Counted from the stretch's first letter, positions 42,908 through 53,227 are shown. The stretch is DNA of 64,000 bases from Alphaproteobacteria bacterium (GCA_965221125.1 CBDCRW010000007.1:448001-512000), one strand, 5' to 3'. The notes: generated by a model from the letters alone, not told the origin. Program-made: numbers and translations.

Positions 42908-44989
42908 TCATCCCGAGCGCAGGTAGCGCACCGCCATGTCGCGCTCGAAGAGATAGAGGAGCGTGCGGAGCGCCTGGCCGCGCGCGGATTCCAGCTCGGG
43001 GTCGCGCTCCAGCAGTAATTTCACGTCGTCGCGGGCGACCGCCAGAAGCGCCTCGTGGACGGCGAGGTCGGCGAGGTGAAAGGCCGGCATGCCGCTCTGG
43101 CGCGTGCCCAGCAGCTCGCCGGCGCCCCTGAGCCGCAGGTCCTCCTCGGCGATGCGGAAGCCGTCGTCGGTCTCGCGCAGGATGGCGATGCGGGCGCGCG
43201 CGGTCTCGCCGAGCGGTGCGGCATAGAGCAGCAGGCAGGTGCCGGGCTTCTCGCCGCGCCCGACGCGGCCCCGCAACTGGTGAAGCTGGGCGAGGCCGAA
43301 GCGCTCGGCGTGCTCCACGATCATGATGGTGGCTGTCGGCACGTCGACGCCGACCTCGACCACCGTCGTCGCCACCAGGATGTCGGCGCCGTTGCCGGCG
43401 AAGGCGGCCATGGCGGCGTCCTTCTCCGCCGGCTTCATGCGGCCGTGGATGAGTGCCACGCGCTCGCCGAAGGTCTCTGCCAGTCTGGCGTGGCGGTCGG
43501 TCGCGGCGGCGAGGTCCACGGCCTCCGACTCGTCCACCAGCGGGCAGACCCAGTAGACCTTGGCGCCGGCGGCGCGCGCGCGGCGCACGGCGGCGACGAC
43601 CTCCTCCAGCCGCTCCAGCGGCATGGCGCGGGTCGCGACGGCGGCCCGGCCGGGGAGGCGCCCCTCGATGCGGGAGACGTCCATGTCGCCGTAAGCGGTG
43701 AGCACGAGCGAGCGCGGGATCGGGGTTGCGGTCATCACCAGCAGGTCCGCCGCCGGCCCCTTGCGCGCCAGCATCATGCGCTGGTGCACGCCGAAGCGGT
43801 GCTGCTCGTCGACCACGGCGAGCGCCAGGTCCTTGAAGTCGACGCCCTTCTGGAACAGCGCATGGGTGCCGACCAGGATGTCGACCTCGCCGGTCGCCAA
43901 TGCCGCCAGCGTCCGCTCGCGGGCGCGGCCCGTGTCCCGTCCCGTCAGCAGCGTGAGGGAGACGCCGCTTCCCTCGAGCAGGGCGCCGAGGGTTTCCGCG
44001 TGCTGGTTCGCCAGCAGCTCGGTCGGCACCATCAGCGCGGCCTGCGCGCCGGCCTCGACCGCCACCAGCATGGCGAGCAGCGCGACCACGGTCTTGCCGC
44101 TGCCGACGTCGCCCTGGAGGAGGCGGAGCATGCGGCGCTCCTTCGCGAGGTCACCCGCGATCTCGGCGGCGGCGGCGCGCTGGGTTTCGGTCAGACGGAA
44201 GGGGAGCGCCGCCTCGATCCTGGCGCGGAGCGTGCCGTCGCCCGTGATGGCGCGGCCGCGCCCGCCCCTGGCGGAGCGGCGGACCAGCGCCAGCGCCAGC
44301 TGGTTCGCCAGCAGCTCGTCGTAGGCGAGGCGCGAGCGCAGCGGGGTGTCCGCCTCCAGGTCGGCGGCATCTTCGGGCGCGTGCGCGGCCGTCAGCGCCT
44401 CGTTCCAGGGCGGCCAGCGGCGGGCCTCGACCAGCCGGGGCTCGATCCATTCCGGCAGCGCCGGCGCCTTCGCGAGAGCGGCGCGCACGGCGCGGGTCAT
44501 CGGCTTCAGCGTCACCCCTGCCGTCAGCGGATAGATGGGCTCGACCGTCTGCACGCTGTCCCGCTCGTCGAGCGGCGCGATGTGGTCGGGGTGCGCCATC
44601 TGGATCTCGCTGCCGTAATGCTCGACGCGGCCGCTCACCACGCGCACGGCCCCCTCGGGCAGCTTCTGGCGCAGCCAGTCCCCCTTGGCATGAAAGAAGA
44701 CGAGGGTGAGCGTGCCGGTCTCGTCCGAGCAGAAGACCCTGGTCGGGCGCCGCCGGTCGGGGGAGGGCTGGTGCCGGTCGACGCGCACGGTGAGCGTCGC
44801 CGTGGCGCCGGCCTCGGCCTCGGCGACCTTGGGCGCGTGGCGCCGGTCGATCAGACCGGAGGGCAAGTGCCAGAGCAGGTGCACCACGAGCGGGCCGGCC
44901 AGCCGCTCGATGGCCGCGCGCGTGCGGGCGCCGACCCCCGGCAGCACCGTCGCGGGCGCGAACAGCGGATTGAGGATCGCCGGGCGCAT
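42908..44989 (-). CDS. recG: ATP-dependent DNA helicase RecG
   Basis: RLLQGDVGSGKT, DEQHRFGV, MTATPIPR, AERFGLAQLHQLRGRVGRG. Confidence 0.97.
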   Translation of the reverse strand: MRPAILNPLFAPATVLPGVGARTRAAIERLAGPLVVHLLWHLPSGLIDRRHAPKVAEAEAGATATLTVRVDRHQPSPDRRRPTRVFCSDETGTLTLVFFHAKGDWLRQKLPEGAVRVVSGRVEHYGSEIQMAHPDHIAPLDERDSVQTVEPIYPLTAGVTLKPMTRAVRAALAKAPALPEWIEPRLVEARRWPPWNEALTAAHAPEDAADLEADTPLRSRLAYDELLANQLALALVRRSARGGRGRAITGDGTLRARIEAALPFRLTETQRAAAAEIAGDLAKERRMLRLLQGDVGSGKTVVALLAMLVAVEAGAQAALMVPTELLANQHAETLGALLEGSGVSLTLLTGRDTGRARERTLAALATGEVDILVGTHALFQKGVDFKDLALAVVDEQHRFGVHQRMMLARKGPAADLLVMTATPIPRSLVLTAYGDMDVSRIEGRLPGRAAVATRAMPLERLEEVVAAVRRARAAGAKVYWVCPLVDESEAVDLAAATDRHARLAETFGERVALIHGRMKPAEKDAAMAAFAGNGADILVATTVVEVGVDVPTATIMIVEHAERFGLAQLHQLRGRVGRGEKPGTCLLLYAAPLGETARARIAILRETDDGFRIAEEDLRLRGAGELLGTRQSGMPAFHLADLAVHEALLAVARDDVKLLLERDPELESARGQALRTLLYLFERDMAVRYLRSG

Positions 44990-45034
44990 GGTGCGTGCAG
45001 CCTATCCGCGCGGTTTGCGGCGGCCAACCGCGCA

Positions 45035-45367
45035 TGGAGCGCTTCCGTTTTTGCACGGAAAGGCCTTAAGGCGGGATATTCCGGCATACGCCGGCACAAA
45101 GTGGCACAAGGTGGCACAAGGTGGCACGAAACGGGCGGCACAAAGTGGCACAAGCTGGCACAAGGTGGCCCGCCCCGGCGGCGGCAGGAGCCGGATAAAC
45201 GAGCGCCCGGCGACGAGCCGGCTCCCCGGCGCCGCTCCGGCCCGACTCCCCCGGAAGTGCGATGGTCTGCGCGCTGCATCCGCAGAGCCTGCCCCCACGC
45301 GCCCGCCCCGTGCACCGCACCATGGTGCGGAGGGCGGCCTGCGTCCGTCGAAGTCGGAGGCGGGCTA
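45035..45367. mobile_element. Hairpin-ended MITE/REP-like element, copy 2
   Basis: Left end GAGCGCTTCCGTTTTTGCACGGAA matches copy 1; right 27 nt match 15162-15188 at 21/27 and end on the CTA of a TAG stop. Confidence 0.55.
45081..45170. repeat. 10-bp periodic tandem repeat (GTGGCACAAG)n in two blocks
   Basis: GGCAC at 45093, 45103, 45113, 45123, then 45137, 45147, 45157; 45092-45125 matches 45136-45169 at 33/34. Confidence 0.9.
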
Positions 45368-46051
45368 GAACGGCACGCCGACGGCGCGGCAGAGGAAGGC
45401 GGTGAGCTCGCTGCCGGCGCGGGCGATCGACGCGAAGCGGTCGAGGAAGTCGGGGCGGATCGCGTCGTCCTCGGGGATGTCGGCGATCGCGACGAAGTCC
45501 TTGCGCTTCAAGTCCTCGATCAGCGGGTGCTCGGGGTCGTAGCCGCGCGGCGGGCGCTTGAGCGCCTCGCCCGCGAGCCGGAAGGTCCGGCAGAAGGCGT
45601 CGGAGGCGGTAATCCGCGTCCATTCCTCCGGCCGCTCCGCGATCGCGTCCCGGATGCGGCCGAGGGTGGGGCTGTCCGGGTGCCAGACGCCGCAGCCGGC
45701 GAAGCACATGCCGGGCTCCAGGTGGAGGTAGAAGCCGGGCGCGTGCGCGTCCTTGCCCGCCTCGTGGCGGAAGTGGGCGCCGACGTTGGTCTTGTAGGGC
45801 GTCTTGTCCTTGGAGAAGCGCGTGTCCCGGTAGATGCGGAAGAGCGAGCCGCCGTTGGCCCGGGGATCGGCGCGGAAGTGCGGGCTGATCTCCGCCAGCG
45901 GCTCGGCGAAGGCCTGGATGAAGTCGAGCATGGGGTCCCGCACCTCGGCCCGGTAGCGCGCCTTGTTCGCCTCGAACCAGGGCCGCTCGTTGTTGTCCCT
46001 GAGCTCCCGCAGGAAGTCGAAGAGCGGCGGCGCGATAAGCTGTGCGGTCAT
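45365..46051 (-). CDS. DUF2461 (TIGR02453) protein
   Basis: GAGGAG RBS; FL.EL..NN.R.WF.ANK, FRIYRDTRFSKDKTPYK, LKRPPRGY. Confidence 0.9.
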   Translation of the reverse strand: MTAQLIAPPLFDFLRELRDNNERPWFEANKARYRAEVRDPMLDFIQAFAEPLAEISPHFRADPRANGGSLFRIYRDTRFSKDKTPYKTNVGAHFRHEAGKDAHAPGFYLHLEPGMCFAGCGVWHPDSPTLGRIRDAIAERPEEWTRITASDAFCRTFRLAGEALKRPPRGYDPEHPLIEDLKRKDFVAIADIPEDDAIRPDFLDRFASIARAGSELTAFLCRAVGVPF

Positions 46052-46165
46052 GGACTCCTCTCCAGGCAGGGGTGCGGCGCGCGCCACCTTTGCACAGCGA
46101 AGGCGGCGGCCATAGAGCCGTGCTAGATTGACGCCAATCGATCCCCATAACGGCAGAGATTTCCG

Positions 46166-47590
46166 ATGGCCCTCGCCCAAGCGACCGCCCCGCAGCCCGA
46201 ACCCGCACCGAGCGAGCCGATCGCGCGCACGCTCGCCCGGTTTGCCCGCGAACTTTCGCTCGACGACGTGCCCGCGCCGGTGGTCGAGCGCGCCAAGCTG
46301 CACATCCTCGATGCCTTGGGCATCGGCCTCGCGGCGTCGCGCTACGACTTCAGCCACAAGACGCTGACGGCGATCCAGGGGCTCGCCGGCGACGGGGCCT
46401 ATCCCGTCATCGGCATGCCGGCGGCGCTGCCGCTGCGCGATGCGGCGCAGATGAACGGATTCCTGATCCACGGCCTCGACTACGACGACACGCACGTGGG
46501 CGGCGTGATCCATGCCACGGCGAGCGCGGTGCCGACGGTGCTGGCTGCCGGCCAGTGGCACGGCGCCTCGGGGCGGGAGACGCTCGCGGCCTACCTCGCC
46601 GCCATCGAGGGCGCGGCGCGGATCGCCGCCGCAGCGCAGGGCGGGTTCCATCGGCTGGGCTTCCACCCCACCGGCATGGTGGGCGTGTTCGGCGCCGCGC
46701 TGGCCGCCGGCCGGCTCGCGGGCATGACGGAAGCGCAGCTCGCCCACGCGCAGGGCATCGCGCTCAGCATGGCGTCCGGCAGCCTGCAGTTCCTCGATGA
46801 CGGCGCGTGGACCAAGCGGATGCACCCCGGTTGGGCGTCGGTCGCCGGGATCAGCGCTGCGGCGCTGGCTCAGCAGGGCTTCCAGGGGCCGGCCGAGCCC
46901 TACGAGGGGCGCTTCGGCCTCTACGCGCTCTACGGCGCGCACGATGCGGAGATCGACTGGCCGGCATGCACCCGCGGCTTGGGCGAGGACTGGGAGATGC
47001 TGCGCATCGGCATCAAGCCCTACCCGGCTTGCCACCTGGTCCATGCGCTGGGCGACGCGGCGCAGGCGCTCCGCGACGAGCACGGGCTCGCACCGGACGA
47101 CGTGGAGAGCGTGGATGCGCTGATCGGCGAGGGCTGCGTCAGCGTCGTCTGCGAGCCGGAAGCCGCCAAGCGCCGCCCGGCCAGCGCCTACGAGGCGCAG
47201 TTCAGCGTGCACTACATGATCGCGAGCGTGCTCGCGCGCGGTCGCTTCACCCTGGCCGAGCTGGAGCCCGAGGCCTACACCGACCCGCACGTGCTGGCGC
47301 TCTGCGACCGGATCGGCTACCGCGTCGATCCCGACTCGGCCTTCCCCACCTACTACTCGGGCGAGGTCGTGATCCGCACCGCCGACGGCCGCACGCTGCG
47401 GCACCGCGAGCAGGTGAACCGGGGCGCCGACAGCCGCCCATTGGGCGCGGACGAGATCGTGGCCAAGTTCCGCGACAACGCCGCGATGACGCTGGCACCG
47501 GACCGGGCCGAGCGCGCGCTGGATGCGATCATGGCGCTCGACGGGGACTCGACGCCTGCGGAGGTGGCGCAGCTGCTGAGCTTCGCCTGA
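46166..47590 (+). CDS. MmgE/PrpD family protein
   Basis: NG.LIHGLDYDDTH, GFHPTG, WTKRMHPG, IKPYPACH, AQFS. Confidence 0.9.
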   Translation: MALAQATAPQPEPAPSEPIARTLARFARELSLDDVPAPVVERAKLHILDALGIGLAASRYDFSHKTLTAIQGLAGDGAYPVIGMPAALPLRDAAQMNGFLIHGLDYDDTHVGGVIHATASAVPTVLAAGQWHGASGRETLAAYLAAIEGAARIAAAAQGGFHRLGFHPTGMVGVFGAALAAGRLAGMTEAQLAHAQGIALSMASGSLQFLDDGAWTKRMHPGWASVAGISAAALAQQGFQGPAEPYEGRFGLYALYGAHDAEIDWPACTRGLGEDWEMLRIGIKPYPACHLVHALGDAAQALRDEHGLAPDDVESVDALIGEGCVSVVCEPEAAKRRPASAYEAQFSVHYMIASVLARGRFTLAELEPEAYTDPHVLALCDRIGYRVDPDSAFPTYYSGEVVIRTADGRTLRHREQVNRGADSRPLGADEIVAKFRDNAAMTLAPDRAERALDAIMALDGDSTPAEVAQLLSFA

Positions 47591-47651
47591 CGGGGAGCGG
47601 GCGCGACGCAGGCCGTGACCCTGGCGAGAATTGCGGGCTAGGAGTCCGTCG

Positions 47652-48578
47652 ATGACCGAAGGCCGAGCCGACCTGTCTGCGTGGCGCGAGCCGCAGGCGC
47701 TGATCGAGACCGGCGCGCTCGAGGCGCGCCTCGCAGAGCCCGGACTTCGCATCGTGGACTGCACGACGTGGCTGAAGCCGGCCGAGCCGGGGGACGACGC
47801 GCCTTATCGTGTCGTCCCCGGCCGGGCGGAGTACGACGAGGCACATATCCCCGGCGCGGTCTTTCTCGACATCCAGGGGACGATTTCCGATCCCGACACG
47901 CGCCTCAAGTTCATGGCGCCGGTGCCCGAGCAGTTCGCGGACGCCATGGGCGCGCTCGGCATCGGGGACGACTCCCGTGTCGTGCTGTACTCGGCCGGCA
48001 GCATCATGTGGGCGACACGGGTCTGGTGGATGCTGCGCGCCTTCGGCTTCGAGGGGGCGGCGGTGCTCGACGGCGGCTGGGAGAAGTGGAAGGCGGAGGG
48101 CCGCCCCGTCTCCGCCGAGCCGGGACGCTACCCGCCGGCGCGCTTCACCGCGACGCTGAAGGCCGGCCAGTTCGTCGACAGCGCGTACGTGCGCTCCCGG
48201 CTGGGCGATGGCGGCGCCGTCATGGTGAACGCGCTCGCGCCCGAGTTTCACCTGGGCGAGGGACCGAGCCGCTACGGGCGACCGGGGCGGATTCCGGGGA
48301 GCGTCAACGTGCCCGCCGCCACCCTGCTCGATGCGGCGGCGAACGGCGCCTTCGTGCCGCTGGACGACGCGCGGCGGCTGCACGAGGACGCCGGCGTCAC
48401 GCCGGACCGCCACGTGGTCGCCTACTGCGGCGGCGGCATCTCCGCCACGATCGGCCTGTTCCTCCTGCACCAGCTCGGCTACCGTGACCTCACCCTCTAC
48501 GACGGCTCGATGGGCGACTGGGCGCAGGACTCCGCCCTGCCCATCGAAACCGGCCCGCAAGCGGACGAGACCCCATGA
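47652..48578 (+). CDS. Tandem rhodanese sulfurtransferase (SseA-like)
   Basis: HIPGAVF, ATRVWW, VLDGG, GRIPGS, YCGGGIS active-site loop, LYDGSMGDW. Confidence 0.88.
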   Translation: MTEGRADLSAWREPQALIETGALEARLAEPGLRIVDCTTWLKPAEPGDDAPYRVVPGRAEYDEAHIPGAVFLDIQGTISDPDTRLKFMAPVPEQFADAMGALGIGDDSRVVLYSAGSIMWATRVWWMLRAFGFEGAAVLDGGWEKWKAEGRPVSAEPGRYPPARFTATLKAGQFVDSAYVRSRLGDGGAVMVNALAPEFHLGEGPSRYGRPGRIPGSVNVPAATLLDAAANGAFVPLDDARRLHEDAGVTPDRHVVAYCGGGISATIGLFLLHQLGYRDLTLYDGSMGDWAQDSALPIETGPQADETP

Positions 48579-49462
48579 CGCTCCGGTTCCACAAGCTCCA
48601 CCCCGTGTTCGCCGCCGAGGCGAGCGCGCTCGATCTCCGTGCCGTGCACGACGCGGCGACGCTCGAGCAGATCCGGGCAGGCATGGACGAGCACGCGGTG
48701 CTCGTGTTCCGCGATCAGGCGTTCTCGAGCGAGGAGCAACTGGCCTTCGCCATCCGGCTCGACGGCGAGCTTCACCGCAAGACCGGCATCAGCGTGCTGC
48801 ACAAGAGCCGATTCGGCGACGAAGCGCTCACGGATGTCTCCAACGTGGGCGCGGACGGCGCGCTGCTGGAGGCGCACGACCGGAAGCGCCAGTACGGCAT
48901 CGCGAACCGCCTCTGGCACACCGATGCGTCGTTTCAGGACCCGCGCGGCCGCTACTCCATGCTGGCCGCCCTCGTGCTGCCGCAGGTCGCGTCCGATACC
49001 GAGTTCGCGGACATGCGGGCCGCCTACGACACGCTGGCGGACGAGACCAAGGCGAGCCTCGAGGGCCTGCGCGTGCACCATTCGATCGCGTACTCGCGCG
49101 TGACGCTCGGCTTCGAGTTCTCCGACGAGGAGAGCGACCGGCTCAAGGGGGCGATCCAGCCGCTGGTGCTGGAGAACCCACGCACCGGGCGGCGCTCCAT
49201 CTACCTCGCCTCGCACGCCTCGCGGATCCTCGACCGGCCGGTGCCGGACGGCCGCCTCCTGCTGCGCGACCTCATGGAGCACGCGACCCGGCCGGAACTG
49301 GTCTACCGGCACTCGTGGCGCGACGGCGACTTCCTGGTCTGGGACAACCGCGCCACCATGCACCGGGCGCGCCCCTTCGACGACACGGTGCACCGGCGCG
49401 AGATGCGCCGCGTCACCACGCTCGACACCGGCGACCCGGCGCGGGTCGCGCAGGCCGTTTAG
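48575..49462 (+). CDS. TauD/TfdA family Fe(II)/2-oxoglutarate dioxygenase
   Basis: WHTDASF (HxD), TEFADMRAAYD, WDNRATMHR. Confidence 0.9.
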   Translation: MTLRFHKLHPVFAAEASALDLRAVHDAATLEQIRAGMDEHAVLVFRDQAFSSEEQLAFAIRLDGELHRKTGISVLHKSRFGDEALTDVSNVGADGALLEAHDRKRQYGIANRLWHTDASFQDPRGRYSMLAALVLPQVASDTEFADMRAAYDTLADETKASLEGLRVHHSIAYSRVTLGFEFSDEESDRLKGAIQPLVLENPRTGRRSIYLASHASRILDRPVPDGRLLLRDLMEHATRPELVYRHSWRDGDFLVWDNRATMHRARPFDDTVHRREMRRVTTLDTGDPARVAQAV

Positions 49463-49514
49463 GGTTTACGCGGGCGTCGGGACTCCCCTTCCCAACTAAG
49501 GCGGGACCGCGAGT

Positions 49515-50759
49515 CTACGCGGGGCCGTCGTCGCGGAGGATGGTGCCGTCGGCTTCGAGGGCCTCGATCTCGTCCGCGCCGTAGCCCAACTCGGCGAGGA
49601 TGGCGGCGGTGTCGGCGCCGAGCGCGGGGGCCGCGTGGCGGGGCATGACGGCGCCGTCCACGGTGATGGGCTGGCGCACCATGCGCATGGTGCCGCGCTC
49701 CGGGTGCGGCACCTCCTGGACCATGCGGCGCTCGGCGGCGAAGTCGCTCGCGAGCGCGCCGGCCACGTCGTTGACGGGCGCGATGGGCAGCACGCCGCTG
49801 AGGCGCTCCAGCCATGCCTCGGTGGTCCGCGTGAGGAACACCGCCTCCAGCCGGCGCACGACCTCTTCCCGGTTCTCGTAGCGCGCGGCGAAATCCCGCA
49901 TGAGGGGATCGTCGATCCACTCCGGGCGCTCCATGGCGCGGCAGAGGGCGGGCCAGAAGTTCGCCTTGTTGGCCATGACGAAGAGCCAGCCGTCGGCGGT
50001 GCGGTAGAGCTCGCTCGGCACCAGCGAGGGATGGCCGGAGCGGGCCACGCGCTTCGGCTCGAAGCCCTCGTTGAGGTGCCAGGTCGCGGGGTAGCTCAGG
50101 TTGTTCATCGCCACGTCGTAGAGGGGCGTGTCGATGTCCATGCCCCGGCCGCTGGCGCGCGCGCGCATGACGCCCGAGACCAGCGCGAGCGCCGCGGTGA
50201 GCCCGCCCATGAAGTCGACGACGGAGAGGCCGAAGCGGGTGGGCACGCTGTCCGGCTCCCCGGTCATGGAGAGGTAGCCGGCCTCCGCCTGCATCACGTA
50301 GTCGAGGCCGGGCCAGGCGGCACGCTCGTTGTCGCGGCCGTAGGCCGAGAGGTGCACACAGACGAGGCGCGCATTGACCGGGCCGAGGCTCGCGTAGTCG
50401 AGCCCGAGGCTGCCTGGCAGGTCGCCCCGCAGGTTGTTGATGAGCGCATCGGCGCGCCTCGCCAGCCGCTCCAGAATCTCGCGGCCGCGCGGCTTCTTCA
50501 GGTCGAGCGCGATGCAGCGCTTGTTGCAGCTGAAGGTCTGGTAGAACAGGCTGTCGCCGTCCTCGGCGTAGGGCAGGACGTGGCGGCCCATCTCGCCGCC
50601 GGCCTTGTGGTTCTCGATCTTGATGACGTCGGCGCCGAGATCGGCCAGGTACATGGTGCCGAAGGGGGCCGCGCCGTACTGCTCGATGGAGACGACGGTG
50701 AGCCCTTCGAGCGGCCGGACCGGGCTTGCCGGCGCCGGCGCGGCAGCCTCGTCGCTCAC
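49515..50759 (-). CDS. CaiB/BaiF family III CoA-transferase
   Basis: PLEGL, LADLGADVIKIE, NKRCIALDLK, APALGADT. Confidence 0.9.
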   Translation of the reverse strand: MSDEAAAPAPASPVRPLEGLTVVSIEQYGAAPFGTMYLADLGADVIKIENHKAGGEMGRHVLPYAEDGDSLFYQTFSCNKRCIALDLKKPRGREILERLARRADALINNLRGDLPGSLGLDYASLGPVNARLVCVHLSAYGRDNERAAWPGLDYVMQAEAGYLSMTGEPDSVPTRFGLSVVDFMGGLTAALALVSGVMRARASGRGMDIDTPLYDVAMNNLSYPATWHLNEGFEPKRVARSGHPSLVPSELYRTADGWLFVMANKANFWPALCRAMERPEWIDDPLMRDFAARYENREEVVRRLEAVFLTRTTEAWLERLSGVLPIAPVNDVAGALASDFAAERRMVQEVPHPERGTMRMVRQPITVDGAVMPRHAAPALGADTAAILAELGYGADEIEALEADGTILRDDGPA

Positions 50760-51925
50760 GCCGGATTACGCTCGATCAGCTGGCGCGCGATGATCAGCCG
50801 CTGGATCTCGTTGGTGCCCTCGCCGATGCAAAGGAGTGGCGCGTCGCGGTACATCCGCTCGATCGGGAACTCCTTCGAGTAGCCGTAGCCGCCGTGGATG
50901 CGCATGGCCTCGATGCTGTTCTCGAGCGCGGCCTCGGTGGCGAAGAGCTTGGCGATGCCGGCCTCCATGTCGCAGCGCTGGCCGGTCTCGTAGGCGAGCG
51001 CCGCGCGCTCGGTCAGCAGCCGCGCGGCCTCGGTGCGGGTCACCATGTCGGCGAGCTTGATCTGGATCGCCTGGTGCTGGCAGATCGCCTTGCCGAAGGT
51101 CTTGCGCTCCTGGGAGTAGCGCACGGCCTCGTCGAGGCAGGACTGGGCGACGCCGACGCCGCGGGCGGCGACGTTGATGCGGCCCAACTCCAGCCCGCTG
51201 AGCGCGTGCTGCAGGCCCTTGCCCTCGACGCCGCCGATGAGCTTGTCTGCGTCGACGCGGTAGTCCTCGAAGGCGAGCTCGGCCGTGTCGATCCCCCGAT
51301 AGCCGAGCTTCTGGAGCTTGCGGCTCACCCGAAAACCCTCGCCCTTCTCGGCGAGGAAGAGGCTCATGCCCTTGTGGCGGGGCTCGGCGTCGGGGTCGGT
51401 CTTGACCAGGAGCGCCAGGCAGGAGCCGTGGATGCTGTTGGTGATCCAGGTCTTGGCGCCGTTGATGACGTAGGCGTTGTTGCCCTCGCGCTTGGCCGTG
51501 GTGCGAATCGCCTGCAGGTCGGTGCCGCAGTCGGGCTCCGTGAGTGCGAGGCCGCCGCGCAGCTCGCCCGAGGCGAAGCGGGGCAGGTAGTCCTGGCGCT
51601 GGTCGTCGGTGCCGAAGCGCTCGACGGCGGCCGCCATGATGAGGTGCGAGTTGATGAGGCCGCTCACCGACATCCAGGCGTGGGAGAGCCGCTCGATGAC
51701 CTTGGCGTAGGTGGTGACCGGCAGGCCGAGGCCGCCGTACTCCTCGGCGATGGTGGCGCCGAAGAGGCCCATCTCCTTCATCTTCTCGACGATGTCTTCG
51801 GGGTAGATGTCGTCGTGCTCCAGCGCGGCGACGTGGGGGCGGACGTCGCGGTCCAGGAACCGCTCGATTCCGTCGAGGATCAGCGCTTCCTGCTCGGCAT
51901 CCACCGTCTCGGCCCGGTCCGCCAT
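50756..51925 (-). CDS. Acyl-CoA dehydrogenase
   Basis: LTEPDCGTDL, NGAKTWITN, ERKTFGK, IHGGYGY, IGEGTNEIQR. Confidence 0.92.
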   Translation of the reverse strand: MADRAETVDAEQEALILDGIERFLDRDVRPHVAALEHDDIYPEDIVEKMKEMGLFGATIAEEYGGLGLPVTTYAKVIERLSHAWMSVSGLINSHLIMAAAVERFGTDDQRQDYLPRFASGELRGGLALTEPDCGTDLQAIRTTAKREGNNAYVINGAKTWITNSIHGSCLALLVKTDPDAEPRHKGMSLFLAEKGEGFRVSRKLQKLGYRGIDTAELAFEDYRVDADKLIGGVEGKGLQHALSGLELGRINVAARGVGVAQSCLDEAVRYSQERKTFGKAICQHQAIQIKLADMVTRTEAARLLTERAALAYETGQRCDMEAGIAKLFATEAALENSIEAMRIHGGYGYSKEFPIERMYRDAPLLCIGEGTNEIQRLIIARQLIERNPA

Positions 51926-52099
51926 CGCCCTTAACTCCCGCTCCATAGTATGAGGGCCGCGAGCATATCCCGCGTGCCGGGTATAGAAAATGCTTGAGGC
52001 TGCGTGCTCTGGGCGGTATGTCAATCTGTCTTGGTATCGACGACGTTGGCCCCAAGGGGGCGGCGAGACCCCTGCGCGGGCGAAGGGACGCTGGGAGCC

Positions 52100-53227
52100 A
52101 TGGCCGAACGCGGCGATGTAGAAATCAGGGGCGTGACCAAGCGGTTCGGCCCCACGGTTGCTGTCGAGGACATCGACCTCACGATTCCCGACGGGTCTTA
52201 CTGTTGTCTGCTCGGGCCGAGCGGTTGCGGCAAGACGACGCTGCTCCGCATCATCGCGGGCCACGAGGTGCCGACCGAGGGCGACGTGCTGATCGGCGGC
52301 GAATCGGTGATCGGCAAGCCCACCGGGCAGCGCGGCACGTCGATGATGTTCCAGAGCTACGCGCTCTTCCCGCATCTGACCGTGCTCGACAACGTGGCCT
52401 TCAGCCTGAAGATGAAGGGCGTGAAGAAGGGCGAGCGCCGCGAGCGCGCCTACGAGGTGCTGCAGCGCGTGCAGCTCGACCCCCTGGCCGACCGCATGCC
52501 GGCGCAGCTTTCCGGCGGGCAGCAGCAGCGTGTCGCGCTCGCCCGCTCGCTGATCACGAATCCTAAGGTGCTGCTGCTGGACGAGCCGCTGTCGGCGCTG
52601 GACGAGTTCCTGCGCCTGCAGATGCGCGCGGAGCTGAAGTTCATCCAGATCGACCTCGGCATCACCTTCATTCACGTCACCCACACCCAGCCCGAAGCGC
52701 TGGCCATCGCCGACATGGTCGTGGTGATGGACACCGGCCGCATCGAGCAGGCGGCGACGGGGCCGGAGATCTACGACCAGCCGCGCACCACCTATGTCGC
52801 CGAGTTCATGGGCGGCTGGAACGTGTTCGCCGGCAAGGTGTCGGGCGTTCAGGACGATGTGGTGACGGTTGCGGGCACCGAAGGCGATCAGTTCCAGTTG
52901 CCGCGCAACGGCCACGAGGTCGGCCAGGAGGTCAACTTCGGCATCCGCCGCGACAAGGTGCACATGGCGGGCGGGAGCGTCGATCTGGGCCGGGGCAACA
53001 CGTTGGGCGGCACGGTCCACGCCATCGAGTATCAGGGCAACTGGGTCAAGCTCACCATGACCCGGGAGCAGAAGCGGGACCTCGTCGCGGTGATCGAGGA
53101 CCGCGAGTACTTCGCCAACCCGGCCAAGGTGGGCGACCAGGTCACCGTCACCTGGGCGAGCGAGGACGTGCGCCTGATGGATCGCGCCACCGGCGCCCAG
53201 AACCTGATCGGAGAGAGCTTCGACTAA
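52100..53227 (+). CDS. PotA-like ABC transporter ATP-binding protein
   Basis: GPSGCGKTT, FQSYALFPH, LSGGQQQRVALAR, C-terminal TOBE-like region. Confidence 0.92.
   Translation: MAERGDVEIRGVTKRFGPTVAVEDIDLTIPDGSYCCLLGPSGCGKTTLLRIIAGHEVPTEGDVLIGGESVIGKPTGQRGTSMMFQSYALFPHLTVLDNVAFSLKMKGVKKGERRERAYEVLQRVQLDPLADRMPAQLSGGQQQRVALARSLITNPKVLLLDEPLSALDEFLRLQMRAELKFIQIDLGITFIHVTHTQPEALAIADMVVVMDTGRIEQAATGPEIYDQPRTTYVAEFMGGWNVFAGKVSGVQDDVVTVAGTEGDQFQLPRNGHEVGQEVNFGIRRDKVHMAGGSVDLGRGNTLGGTVHAIEYQGNWVKLTMTREQKRDLVAVIEDREYFANPAKVGDQVTVTWASEDVRLMDRATGAQNLIGESFD

Noticed and set aside
45081-45170. Repeat array as a CRISPR
   Set aside because: Units are 10 bp and contiguous with no unique spacers; no cas genes.
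43055-46126. Very long antisense or alternate-frame ORFs (e.g. 1023 aa here, 10288-12810, 5311-7335, 56610-58649)
   Set aside because: Shadow ORFs of high-GC genes; they overlap well-supported CDSs on the other strand or frame and lack motifs.
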